Shown here: positions 11,601 through 24,579 of the stretch, one piece after another
Numbering within the stretch: position 1 is the stretch's first letter
Layout of the letters: each line of letters begins with the position of its first letter
Source: Amphiscolops sp. MND2022
Lineage: Eukaryota
DNA length: 64,000 nt
Reading direction: 5' to 3'
Assembly: GCA_964187785.1 (NCBI GenBank)
Contig: OZ076414.1
Span: forward strand, 29,946,001-30,010,000
Notes under the pieces: generated by a model
Seen by the model: only the letters and a program-made list of their open reading frames with translations
What the model was told of the DNA's origin: nothing
Databases searched by the model: none
Translations under genes and position numbers: made by a program

Positions 11601-14290
11601 AAACTTCTACATTGTTTGCTCAGAACCCGGAAAGTATTGGAACAGAAAATGATTTTTCATCCGTTTTAGGGCTCAATATCCGATGTTTAGATTTGATTTC
11701 GAAGACCTTTTGGTACTAATAGAAACTTTGACACTTAACCCTGATATAATGGCAATTACAGAATCTTGGATGACAGAAAATGATCCTTTGGAAGAATTTC
11801 AAATCGATGGATACCAGCCCATTGTTTCGAATCCTCGTAAAGAATAAAAACGGCGATCAGGCGGGGTTGCTTTTTATATCAAAGAGGGAATAAAATATGA
11901 GCCAATAGAAGCTTCCATTGATATTAAGTGCCATTTAATCAAAGTGAAACACGACCACGATGTAGTCAACGTTTTTTGTGTTATCTATCGTCCTGATACG
12001 TTCAGGCTGACAACAATTTTACCAAAAATCGAGGAGCTTCTGTTTTTCCTAAAATCACTCAGCCATGAAAGTTTTATTTTCGGTGACTTCAACATAAACA
12101 CAACAATCACTGATACTATAAAAGTCAATTATGAAAATCTTCTCAATTCATAAGACTGCGAAATACAGAATACTCTACCAACTAGAGTTACACCAACAAC
12201 GAAAAAATGTTTAGATCACTGGATTGCGGGGGATGAGCTGTGCACGCAAGCGATTGAAACAACTTCAAGTGATCATTTCACTGTTGCAGCATCATTTCCT
12301 CTTACTTCTCGTAAATCGTACAAATGAAGAACTTGAAAGGCGATAATGCATTGAATTTTCTCTTGCTACTCGATCAAGATCAAAAGCTTAAAACAATTCA
12401 ATCAACATTATGCACTAAAATGCGAGCGCAGATGGTGTGCGAAAAAAAGTAATTGAATGTATCGATGTTTGCACCGGACAAAGAAGTTGTCAATAAAAAG
12501 AAAATCGAACTCATGAATTTTCAACGAAATTAAAAACGCGAGAGTTCAACACGATTTCCGCTTCCAAAAACAGGTTGAAAATCCAAACTCTAAAACTCAT
12601 ATCGAGTATAAAAATCAACGTAATGTAGTAACCCAATAAACACGATTTGCATATAGGGAAGCTAATTTCAAAAAATTAGGTCCTAATCCAATTCCATAAC
12701 ATATTTACCGGTCATTGAAATCATAAAACTTCAACAATAATGCAACAGCATGGCACTGCTTTGCATGATCTTGACCATTTGAATAACTACATTGTGTCTG
12801 TTGATCAAATTCTGTCATCAAAGTTACCTATAATTTAGAACAATGCTGGAATGCTGGAATGGCTATTAATAAGGAAATCATGTTCGTGTATCGCACTGAT
12901 GAGTTCGAAAATTCGAAAATAATTAAGAACATGAAAAATAAGAAAAGTACTGTTGAAGATGGGATAAGTAATGAGATGTTAAAGTGTAACCCCCCCATAA
13001 TGGAACCTCGTATTGCAACATTGTTCAACAACTGTTTTGAAGAAGGGATTTTTCCCGATTGCTTCAAAACAGCTAAAGTATTACCATTATGTAAAAAGGG
13101 TGATCGCAAAGTCCCTGGAAATTACAGACCAATCAGCTTTTTAGGTTCATTGAGCAAAATTTTTGAAAAATTGTTGCACAAAAGAAAAATTTTTGTGAGA
13201 AACTTTGTGAGAAACAAAAGAGAAACTTTGTGAGTCATTTAACCTTCAGTTTTTCAAACGTCAGGCGTCAATTTGTTTATCACAATTGGAGAACAACATC
13301 AAAACGACTGATTAATACGGGTGTCCCTCAAGGATCTGAGTTTGGGCCATTACTTTTTCTTCTATGCATGAATGATCTACCGACTGGCATTGAAGAAAGT
13401 CAAGTAAACTTTTTTGCTGATGATACAAGTCTCTTGGAAAGTGGGAAGAAAGGCGAATTTTTATTGCAACCAGATGTTGAAAGAATATCAAACTGGTTCG
13501 TTAGTAACAAGTTATTCATCAATGTCGGGAAATGATACATTATTTCATTTGGCAATGGAGTTCCTAAAGAGTCTCATCTTTTGGAGAAACTTTTGACCTA
13601 TAAAATGTCATGCAAATACTTAGGACTGCATCTAGATGGATGGTTGAGATTTTGCGATACATAGATTATGTTGTTAAAAAACCCAATAAGTTTTGTGGCC
13701 TAATTAATAGATAACGAGAGCAATACACTAGGTCCTCGCTTTTGATATTCTATATTTCGTTTGCCAAGTCTGTCGTAAGCTATGCTTTAATATTATATAG
13801 AACTGCTGCTAAAACCAATCTAATGAAAGTTGAAAATGCTCAACACAGAAATTTTAGAGCCATTTTTCAGTCGAAAATTCAATTTCCCTAGCAATATCTG
13901 GTACGAAAGCAAAATCCAGACTGTATTCGAAGTGTATATATCGGAATTGAACAAAGAGATGCTCAAACAGATTAGATTGGAGTCTCCTGTACAATTTTTC
14001 ACGCCACATACATACAGAGAGTCCCATTCACACAACCCTCGGGGCTCAAGAAACAATATTCCCTCGAACTATTATAGGACAGTCGTCAAGCGTAAATGTC
14101 TTGAAATTCTTTCGGAAAAATTAGAATTACTTGTTGATCTTGGATTTTATACCGCAAATTTTATTGAAGATGACTAAATCAGAAATGAAGTCATATGTTG
14201 ACAGCGTTAGTCTATTGTACGTACGTGACAACGGAGAGGTATTATCTTTATTTTTTGAATACGGGATTGTATATATTTGATATGAGAATG
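11600..14290 (+). mobile_element. Decayed CR1/L2-group non-LTR retrotransposon (APE + RT)
   Basis: APE motifs GLNIRCL, AITESW, GGVAFYI, IFGDFNIN, TRVT, SDH. RT motifs DGISN, NYRPISFLGSLSKIFEKL, GVPQGS..GPLLFL..MNDL, FADDT. The RT segment normally containing QxGFR/DLxKAFD is deleted near 13200-13250. Confidence 0.88.
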
Positions 14291-14479
14291 ATCATGATAA
14301 AATCTTTGAACTGTTTTCTGTAAATAGAAAACAAATGCTTCTAGGGTTTTCTGTATTCATCCACTTATCGGGTTCTAAGGGCATCGACTGCTTTTTTCCT
14401 GTCCTGATTGAATACGTTGTAGTTTCATTCATACAAAAGTCATCTTGATTTTTTATGTATCTTGTATGTCCAATCAAAT

Positions 14480-14975
14480 TGACTGTTCCGTTCTGTTCGA
14501 AGGTGAAATACGAAACCATTTCAAAGCGGAAGGGTCCCTCCTCTCTCCACTTTTTTCGACACTATGGACCTTTCCCCTTTTTTGGCTTTGTGATACAATT
14601 TTTCTAAAAGATTTTTTTGTCTCCAAAGGGTCCCCTTTCACAATTTTGATATATTTCAAAAAAATCGATATTTAAAAACTCCAAAAAGTACCCTCTTTAA
14701 GATTTCCGACAATATGTGACTTACCGGAGACTTTTTTGACGTTTTTTTCTTTGTTTTTTGTTTTTTTTTCGAGATGTTTTCTGTGGAGCAAGGTGGGTTT
14801 TTCGCTGCTTCCAGTTAAGGAAAAGGTGCTTTTGGAGTCTTATGCGTGTCCCTTCGGGTATATTTTTGCTCCGTAAAATTCATGAAGTTTTAAGAATAGT
14901 GTCTTTTTGTATAATTAAAACACATTTATGTTTTCGAACATTGGAGGGGCACCGACTTGAACGTTCCCGCCTTGT
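14480..14975 (+). mobile_element. Partial HINE-like element, family C
   Basis: AAGGGTCCCC body motifs; degenerate tail ggcaccgacttgaacgttcccgccttg resembling the family C tail. Confidence 0.5.
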
Positions 14976-15079
14976 TTTTCCAAAACTTGCAATGTTACGA
15001 ATTATTGTTCAAACTAAAAAGTATCACCCATAGAATTCAACGGACGTAAATTCAGTATCATGCAATCTGTATTTGAAGA

Positions 15080-16700
15080 GATGTTTGGACTTTTTTTGGT
15101 TGAACACGAAGACTCCACAATGACCCAACAATGACGCCAAAAACATTTTTTAACGTTTTTTTGCAACTTTTGTCAAATTATGCAACAACTTCGGTGGCTT
15201 CAAAAGTAAAAAAAACCCTCAACAGCAAATTATGTGTCGTCCAAATAGCGTTTGTGTAGAACAAAAAGCAGCTTTCCAACAGAAAAAATCCTCAAATTGT
15301 GACCAAAAATAACAAAAGATCCTAAATTTTCTGATTTTCCAAGCATTTTACAGCAATTTTCGTCAAACTTTCGACAGACTTGGATTATTGAGACTCGTGG
15401 CAAAAACTTTGAAAACGTCCAAAAAAAGCATTCGTTGTCCACTGCATTTTTGTGAAAAGATGCACGCATCCGTTTGCCAGAAAAAAGCCTCGAACTGACC
15501 CGGAAAAAAATACAAAAAGGTTCCAGTTAATGTCGTTTTTAACTGAATGTGTTAAATTTTGTAAACGTTTCATGTGTGAGAGGATTCGAAGCAATCGCAG
15601 AAAGTTTTAGCAATGCAGTGCTTTTTTCAGAAGAAATTCACAGTGTTTTGCATCAAAAACACTTCACATTGACTAAAAAGAGACAAAATGAAAAAGTTTT
15701 TGTTTTTTGTTCAACGTTTTTCAAGTAAGTTTTGTTAGCTTTCAAAACGATTTCCTTTTTTTGGCGTTGAAAACACTCAGAAAAAATTGAAATGTTCTGA
15801 AGTAATTTTTCGAGATGTTCTCATGAAATTCTTTATTTCGAATTTCTTCAATTTTATTTCAAATGAGTGAGAAACATCGAATTGGTCACTTATAAAGATT
15901 TTTTGTGCAGTTTTTGACAAATTTTCGTGAATTTCAAGGTTAATTAGGCTTCAAACAAAGTTTCTATCCAATCTGTACGCCATTCATTGGAAAATTGAGT
16001 TTTTCAGGATGAACAGTATCACAGACTGACCAAAGCAGTTTAAAATTCGAAAACTTTCAAAACTGACAAATTCTTTTAGCAACTTTTGTGAAGTTAGCTT
16101 GTGGTAGAAGATTGAAAACATTCAACACTGAACCAACGCTGAACCAAATCGACTCTTGGGGGAAAATGCAGCTTCATCCAACAAAAATTAATCAAAATGA
16201 CCCCAAATAAGTCAAAAGTATCAAAATTTTCTGATTTCTGATAGTTTTAGTGAATTTATTTGATTTTAGAAAACTTTGGTGAGTTCAAAGATTCAAAAAG
16301 ATCCAGATGATACAATGACGTTTGCAGCACGCTTTTACAAAAGGAGTTTGCAGGTTTAATTTTAAAAAATCCCCAGAATGACCCAAAAATGCCACAAAAA
16401 TACAAGTTGTTCAAGTTGTTGACGTTTTTGGAGCTTTTTTCTCGAACTTTCTTGAACAGACGTTCAACAACTCAAAACAACAACTAGACCGGTGTGTATT
16501 AGTCAATTCTTAGGGTTTGAAAAGTTCTTGTTAGAATCAGGAACGAAAACACCGCAAAGACAAAAGTGACAAGAAACCTTGTTTTTTTTTCTTTTTTGTA
16601 CTAAATATTGTTCAATTCACGAATATTTGTAGAAAAGGACTCTGCTTGTTGAAACATTAGGCTGTCCAAAACGCTACTCGGAAGAGAAAACGATGAAGTT
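15080..16700. repeat. Highly degenerate ~180-bp periodic tract
   Basis: TGACC/TGAC(A/T)AA motif at 15121, 15300, 15496, 15670, 16027, 16198, 16379 and 16567 (mean ~181 bp per unit), each followed by a T-rich AA(C/A)TTTT(C)GT block. Confidence 0.55.
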
Positions 16701-16923
16701 CTTAGACTTTGAAAACAAACAGTAAAACAAACGAAGTTTCTCGTTTATTGATCACATGGTCCCAATTTCGCACGTTTTTCGAAAGCATTTTCTTAATTCG
16801 AAAATACTTAGCCTCAGGCTTCAAACATATAGCTACCAGTACGGGTTTCAGAAATGCACCGCTGCAAGGAGGATTTAAAATTTTCACAAAAAATCCTCAA
16901 AAACGTAAGTTTCTTTTTTTCGA

Positions 16924-19900
16924 TTTTTGGGGCACGAGCTTTGCGAGATGCCCATATGGTGACGTTTTTGGGGCACGAGCTTTGCGAGATGCCCATATGG
17001 TGACGTTTTTTTGAGGCTTCGAGCGAGCGAAGCGAAGCGACGAAGTCTCTATTGTTCCGCGTTTACTAGCGTTTTGGTTTTTTTTTCGCGTGACATACCC
17101 TCTGCATTTGTATTAATTGAAGGCTATTTTCTCAGAGCCTATTTTTCCGCGACCATCCAAACTTTCCAAAAAGAAACGCAACTTGATGCTCTTTCTAACC
17201 GTGTAAAAACTTTCCGAAAATTTTCCACCGGCGCGATTTTATTAGCTTCGAAAGCGCGAAATTTTCGAAAATTTTTAGGGTTTTTGTCGATTTTGCTATT
17301 TTTCTTTTCGCAAACCACAGCGAATTGGCCCGATGTAGGTACTAACCGACGTAAAACGATGTTTTCTTTAATTTGGTGAAAGTTTTTTTATCCTAGAATT
17401 ATTGGGCTTTGCGAAAATGACCATTAAAAATAGGAAAAATTTTCGGTTTTCTTGCGTAAAAAATTTCTCAACCTATTTTCAAGTAGCAATCAGTTCTAAT
17501 CCAAGCAGTGGTGTTTCTACTCGATAACAGGTCTGCTTAGCTGCCCAAAGTTAGAAATTGGAAAGTCACAACGTTTACGTCGCACAGATAGAGACAAAAA
17601 AGTTTTCAAATTTTTTGAATTTTTGATAAATTGCTCTCTTTATTCAATTTTGTAAAAGTTTTGGCCTATTTTCTCGGAGCCTAATACTTCGAGACCATCC
17701 AAAAACTCAACAAATTGTTGGAACTGAATTTGTTGGTGAAGATTTAAATGTTGTTGGATTTTTGGGCAGTGAGAAAATAGCGATTCAATATCGAAAATTT
17801 TTTTGGAAAATAATTTTTTTTCGAAAATTTTGGAGCTTTCACTAATTTTGCTCATTTCTACATTACAAACAACGTCGACCCGGCATAAAATACGTCCTAT
17901 CCGACTTCTTTCACATGTTTAAAGTTTCAATGTGCTACATTTTTTGGTGGTTGAGAAAATGGCGATTGAAATTCTGAAAATTTACATTTTTTCCCAATTT
18001 TTTTCAAGCTTTTTTCTGTTAATAGTTCTTTTCATTTTTGATTTTTTGGCCGTTTTCTCACAAGGGATTGCTTCAAGACGATTCGAAAAACAGCAATATT
18101 TTGTTCTTTTGCAGTTTTTCCAGAAATTTTTGGCCGGTGCGTATTTATAACGAAATACGAAAACCGCAAATTTTTATTTTTTTTTGCAGACTTTGCTGCT
18201 TTCCTGTAATCAAACCACTTGGAACCGCGGCAGTGTAGGAACTGACCGTCATTCAGGACTGTGATATTAGCCTGGATAAAAGAAATCATTGATACGCGAA
18301 TTTGCCGTCGAAAAAACTGCGATTGAAAATTCTTCCGGAAATAGTTTATGAGCCGATTTTTACTAGTTATCGGTTCAATGGGATCTCATATCATTTCCGC
18401 TCAAACCATATAGTCCTAAGACTGTAGGCGAAAAGCTCGGAGCAATTAGATGCATGCGGAATGTACTCGAATAGACGAGATAAATGCGCTGTGGAACGTC
18501 TTTCTACGCAAATTTGGGATTTTTCTCAAACAATTAAACTTCATACATTAAAGGTCGTTCGTGGTGCGGGCCTTCTGATTCTTTTCGAGTAATACTCGGA
18601 TCGCAATCAGTAAAACGAGAAAACCACCCACAGGTTGTTAAAGGTGCGGGCCTACTATTCTGTGAGGAATAGTGAAACGAGAAAACCGGTTTATGAGCAC
18701 ATTACGAGGTAACGTCCAAAATTAGCATTTGGTTCGACTGTTATTAGATTATCTCTTATTCAAATGTTAAATCGGTTATTCAAATTCCTGTTTTTTCGTG
18801 GATTGATTAGTTATTGATGATGTGGTTGTTTGAAGCGTAAAACCGCGAAAATTCCGTTCTTAACGTATTCTATCCAGTGAATATCTGCACAGAAGGTATT
18901 ATGCACTACCGCAATATTCCTGAGAGATTTGATGTCATATGCAACGATTAAATCAAGACAACACTAAGTTATATTCACACCTCGCTGTGCAATGATATTC
19001 AACTACGTTGTATTGAAAACAAAAATGATTTCGGATATTTTCGTGATTTTGCCCCATTCGCAAATTTTAACAGGTTATTCATGCTCTGGAATACGTTTCC
19101 AACGGTGCCGACTGATGCTGGAAGGTTGTTTGATGCACAATTCAGCTAATTTTTAGAACTGAAAGTATACTTGCTAGTGATGGCACATATCAACCGTCCT
19201 ATTGATAACTAGGGCAGCCCTTCCTTTTATATAGTGGTAAAGGCCGAAAAAGTTAAGCTTCATAGGATTAATACCCGCAATTTTTTTCAATTTCATTGTA
19301 TTTTGAGCATTCTCGTGCCGTATATAACCTTAGCTATTCGTCATAGCTAATAACTTGGTAATATGGTTCAAATGCACATGATGATAGTCAATTATGGCTG
19401 CGGGACCTGTCGCTCGAAGCCGTGCGCAAATTCCTTTGCGACTATGTTTTTTTTTTCGCAGATTTCGTGACATGTGCCAATTTTTCAAACTTATGAAGCA
19501 AATTTCTTTAAACCCACACTAGATGCGGACACCATGTTTTCGCTAAAAGTTGCGCAGGATCCTAGGCTACATTTTCGCCGAAAAAAATTTTCGAAAAAAA
19601 TTCGGCTTCATGGGTTTTTTTCAAAAGAATTTTTGAAAAAACGCTATTTTTGACTATTTTTCATCTTTGATCCCCTATAGCTCAGAACTGAGACCAAATA
19701 CAGGGTCCGTGGTTTTGAAAATTGAACAAGCTTTTCATAGGCTACATTTTGGCCTAAAAATGACGTCAAAATTTTTTTTACATACTTGGTGTTTTTGGAC
19801 AAAAAAGAATGCAAAAAATTTTTCGAAAAATTTTTTCTCATTCGTAGCTCATATTTCTCAAAACTGATAAAAGATACAGAACCCGTTCTCTTTCGAGAGG

Positions 19901-22684
19901 AACAACATAGATATAGGCTACTTTTTGGACAAACAAAGTTACCGTCATCAAGTATGACGCCTTCGTTTTTCTGCCGAAAAAACATCAATTTTTTTCAATA
20001 AAATTTCTGGGTTCTTTTTTATTTGAGCTCGTATATCTCATGACCGAAAACCAAACATGGCGTTCATGGTTTCGTTAATTTTACGAGGCCTATGTAGGCT
20101 ACGTTTTAGGATAAAAGCGAAGTCGATTTTTTTTCGCTCTGGATTTTTTTAGCAAATTAATTATTGAAAAATTTTTTCTGCATTTTTTCCATTTTTTTCC
20201 AATTTGTAGCTGATTTTTCTAAGAACTGAAAATAGATACGAAAACCATTGTCCCTCACAAAGTGAGGCAAGTATGTAGGCTTTTGTTTGTACTATCAAAG
20301 TTTCCGTCATGAAGTATGACGCCTTCGGGTTTCTGCCAAAAATACATTTTTTCATTTTTCTCAAAAAAAAATTTCCTTCATCTTTTTAGTTCTTTCATCA
20401 AAATATCTTCATCTGAGACTGGATAAGTTCACAAGGTTGTGAGCCCTGGAACACAAAGAATTTGTAACAATATCTGCAGACCATTGAACGTTTCTGCTCG
20501 TGCCCAAGCGCGACATGCCGTCGCGCCTATGTTTTTTTTCGCAGATTTCGTGACATGTGCCAATTTTTCAAACTTATGAAGCAAATTTCTTTAAACCCAC
20601 ACTAGATGCGGACACCATGTTTTCGCTAAAAGTTGCGCAGGATCCTAGGCTACATTTTCGCCGAAAAAAATTTTCGAAAAAATTCGGCTTCATGGGTTTT
20701 TTTCAAAAGAATTTTTGAAAAAACGCTATTTTTGACTATTTTTCATCTTTGATCCCCTATAGCTCAGAACTGAGACCAAATACAGGGTCCGTGGTTTTGA
20801 AAATTGAACAAGCTTTTCATAGGCTACATTTTGGCCTAAAAATGACGTCAAAATTTTTTTACATACTTGGTGTTTTTGGACAAAAAAATAATGCAAAAAA
20901 TTTTTCGAAAAATTTTTTCTCATTCGTAGCTCATATTTCTCAAAACTGATAAAAGATACAGAACCCGTTCTCTTTCGAGAGGAACAACATAGATATAGGC
21001 TACTTTTTGGACAAACAAAGTTACCGTCATCAAGTATGACGCCTTCGTTTTTCTGCCGAAAAAACATCAATTTTTTTCAATAAAATTTCTGGGTTCTTTT
21101 TTATTTGAGCTCGTATATCTCATGACCAAAAACCAAACATGGCGTTCATGGTTTCGTTAATTTTACGAGGCCTATGTAGGCTACGTTTTAGGATAAAAGC
21201 GAAGTCGATTTTTTTTCGCTCTGGATTTTTTTAGCAAATTAATTATTGAAAAATTTTTTCTGCATTTTTTCCATTTTTTTCCAATTTGTAGCTGATTTTT
21301 CTAAGAACTGAAAATAGATACGAAAACCATTGTCCCTCACAAAGTGAGGCAAGTATGTAGGCTTTTGTTTGTACTATCAAAGTTTCCGTCATGAAGTATG
21401 ACGCCTTCGGGTTTCTGCCAAAAATACATTTTTTCATTTTTCTCAAAAAAAAATTTCCTTCATCTTTTTAGTTCTTTCATCAAAATATCTTCATCTGAGA
21501 CTGGATAAGTTCACAAGGTTGTGAGCCCTGGAACACAAAGAATTTGTAACAACATCTGCAGACCATTGAACGTTTCTGCTCGTGCCCAAGCGCGACATGC
21601 CGTCGCGCCTATGTTTTTTTTCGCAGATTTCGTGACATGTGCCAATTTTTCAAACTTGTGAGGCAAATTTCTCAAAACCCAGAACAGATACGGACACCAT
21701 GTTTTCGCTAGAAGTTGCGCAGGATCCTCGGCTACATTTTCGCCGAAAAAAAGTTTCCAAAAAAATTCGGCTTCATGGGTTTTTTCCAAAGAATTTTTGA
21801 AAAAACGCAAATTTTGACTATTTTTTTTTATTTTTGATTACCTCTATCTCAGAACTGAGACCGAATACAGGATCCATGGTTTCGTAAATTGTACAAGCGT
21901 TTTATAGGCTACATTTTGGTTAAAAAATGACGTCAAAATTGTTTTTCATACTTGGTGTTTTTGGGCAAAGAAGAGGACAAAAAAAGTTTCGAAAATTTTT
22001 TTCTCATTCGTAGCTCATATTTCTCAAAACTGATAAATATACAGAAACCGTTCTCTTTCGAGAAGAAGAGCATAGCTATAAGCTACTTTTTGGACCAACA
22101 AAGTTACCGTCATCAAGTATGACGCCTTCGTTTTTCTGCCAAAAAACTTAATTTTTTTCAAAAAAATTTCTTGGTTCTTTTTTACTTGAGCTCGTATATA
22201 TCTTGTGACCGAGCCCAAATATGGGGTTCATGGTTTCGTTAATTTTAGGCTACGTTTTAGGCTAGAAGTGATGTCGAAATTTTTTTCGCTCTGAATAGTT
22301 TTTAGCAAATAAAGTAATGAAAAAACTTTTCTGAATTTTTTCCATTTTTTTCCAATTTGTAGCTGATTTTTCACAGAACTGAAAATAGATACGAAAACCA
22401 TTCTCCCTCACAAAATGAGGCAAGTATGTAAGCTACTTTTTGTACCATCAAGATTTCCGTCATGAAGTACGACGCCTTCGGGTTTTTGCCAAAAATACAT
22501 TTTTTCAATTTTCTCAAAAAAAGTTTTCCTTCATCTTTTTAGTTCTTTCATCAAAATATCTTCATCTGAGACCGGATATGTTCACAAGGTTGTGGGCCCT
22601 GGAACACAAAGAAATTGTAACACCTTCTGCAGACCATTGAACGTTTCTGCTCGTGCCCAAGCGCGACATGCCGTTGCGCCTATG
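16924..22684 (+). mobile_element. Nested Helentron-associated (HINE/DINE-1-like) elements, family A: 2 heads and 3 bodies/tails
   Basis: Identical 41-bp heads (16924-16964, 16965-17005) with T-tract + GGGCACGAGC + partial inverted repeat. Tails GCTCGTGCCC-aa-hairpin gcgcgac/gtcgcgc-CTATG-T tract end at 20531, 21613 and 22684. Confidence 0.75.
17013..19446 (+). mobile_element. HINE-like element, family B, nested in the T-tract after the family A heads
   Basis: Head gaggcttcg-agcgagcgaagcgaagcga-cgaagtctc, with subTIR GGCTTCGAGCG at 17015-17025. Tail CGCTCGAAGCC (19411-19421) + hairpin cgcaaa/tttgcg + actatg + T10. Confidence 0.7.
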
Positions 22685-22689
22685 TTTTC
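19442..22689. repeat. Three tandem ~1.08-kb units, each built from ~180-bp monomers
   Basis: Unit starts (CTATG) at 19442, 20527, 21609 and 22680. TAGGCT motif at 19563, 19738, 19914, 20095, 20276 and 20646. Units 1 and 2 are near-identical; unit 3 is clearly diverged. Confidence 0.95.
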
Positions 22690-24408
22690 ATAACTACCCA
22701 TGCAGTACGCATTTCAAAGTAAAGTGTTGAAGTTTTCCAGGTAGAATGAGCGCGGAAATACCCTTGAGTCCAAAAGTGTTTGACGTTTTTTGTACATTTT
22801 GTGTAAATTTTTCGAGCTACTTCGTAGGTTAGAATGGTGTGACTTCATCCATAGACTCAATCCTTATCCAGAAGGCGACATTAAAGACATACTTATATTT
22901 CCTTGTTTTAAAAGCGCGTCAAAATATTCCAAATGAGTAGAAATTATCAGTTTTTTCAATTATTGAACTTTTTAGTTACTTGTATGTGTAGATACATAAA
23001 AAATTTGGTAGGATAGGAACTGCTTTTCACTTACTACAACAACAATACAATTCGGTACTTTTGAGAGTATTCTCAATTTTTAAATAGCATTAGCTACTTT
23101 TGGGCCTTAACTTCATTTCGTAGTACAACAATTTGGGGCAGAAATGATCATGTTGGTCAGCGGGCGTCTTGTTAATAGTGGATCTCAAATAAAACACCAA
23201 GGTCCCAGAAAAACAAAAGAAGGTGTTAAAAAACTTCAGTTTTCAACTTTCCTAAATATCAGAGACTGTAATCATTTTTGGTTCCATAATACAAACTACT
23301 CACGCAAAAATGATCCATGCTTATAGGCTTCAAACAACTTGCAAAAAAAACACTTGGAAAAAGCTACTCTGCTTCCCAAAATATGTCTATTGGCCAAAAC
23401 GCTTCACGATGTGCAGTGACACTGCAGTATTTATGGTAGCGTACTCGAACACGACTCTTTTGGTGAAAATGAACACCGTCTAGCCTCAATCAGTGGTTGG
23501 ACAAAAAAAGTAACATACTTATCAAACTAAATATGACAGAAATATTCCAAGTTGGTGCCCTGTAAATTTACAGGTCTCAAAACGCGTAAAATCTCCTGAA
23601 ATTATTAAACTGCATTTGAATATCTGACAATTCTCACAGTGCCGAAAATACACCTGGGGCTAAAAAGATCCTGTTTGCTAATGCCCCCAACCTACTGCCA
23701 GAAAATTTATCTGTTCCCCAAAATTTTACCACAGAATATCCATCTACACAGAAATAGATTGGCCATATTAAAAAGTTTGCACGATGTTGTGAACAGAAAA
23801 AGTTTTTTCACTTACGCTGCATGAACAACCTGAGTGTAAGAATATTGATTACACCAGTAGCTTTAACTATTCGTGAGAATAGCTCCACTACAACTCAACT
23901 AAAACCGTAGGTACGTACCATGCACGAGACAAGGACTGGCTGAGTATCTACATAAATTTTTATTAACTCCGAAGAAGAGACGAATCAACCTAATCGAAGG
24001 CGGCGGGGGTAAGTGTGACAAGGAAATCACAATCTTTACAACTTTGCTATTTTACTGTCTTTCAGGGGGTTTGTTTCGCTACTCTTGAGCAGTTTTAGGG
24101 TGTCTTTTCGCTGATGAAAAGAAGCAGGTTGAACTTTAATTGAAACGCCACAAATGAATACGTCAATTAATAGACACAAATACAATTTCACAATTGCGAA
24201 TAATAGAGTGAATACTATGGTAACATCGACAATAGCGGAGAATAACACGTGAAATTAGGAGGCATATAACACAAGACAAGAAAACAATAAACAAGGGTTT
24301 CAGCAAGGTTTAGTTGTGTATCCGTGAGGATGAATGTGATATTGAAGATATCGAGAGAATCAACTCGCCGCAAAACCGCTATCGGTCTTGGAGTGAAAAC
24401 AAAGTCCA

Positions 24409-24579
24409 TGTATTCTCAGCCCACTTAGGCAAATCCGTGTATTGTAAGATCACTTAGGCTAATCCGTGTATTCTAAGCCCACTTAGTCAGATGCGTGTAT
24501 TCTAAGCACACTTAGGCAAATCCATGTATTCTAAGCCCACGTAGGCAAATCCGTGTATTTTAAACCCACTTAGGCAATT
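24409..24579. repeat. 29-bp minisatellite, 6 copies
   Basis: Consensus tgtattctaagcccacttaggcaaatccg, contiguous, no spacers. Confidence 0.92.

Noticed and set aside
19644-21810. Duplicated 114-aa and 67-aa ORFs in the 1.08-kb units
   Set aside because: They are by-products of near-identical repeats and are broken in the diverged third unit.
24036-24409. Degraded LINE endonuclease on the minus strand
   Set aside because: Only a VLCYMPP resemblance; the GDFN and SDH motifs were not recovered.
24409-24579. 29-bp repeats as a CRISPR array
   Set aside because: The units are contiguous with no unique spacers, there are no cas genes, and the context is eukaryotic; it is a minisatellite.
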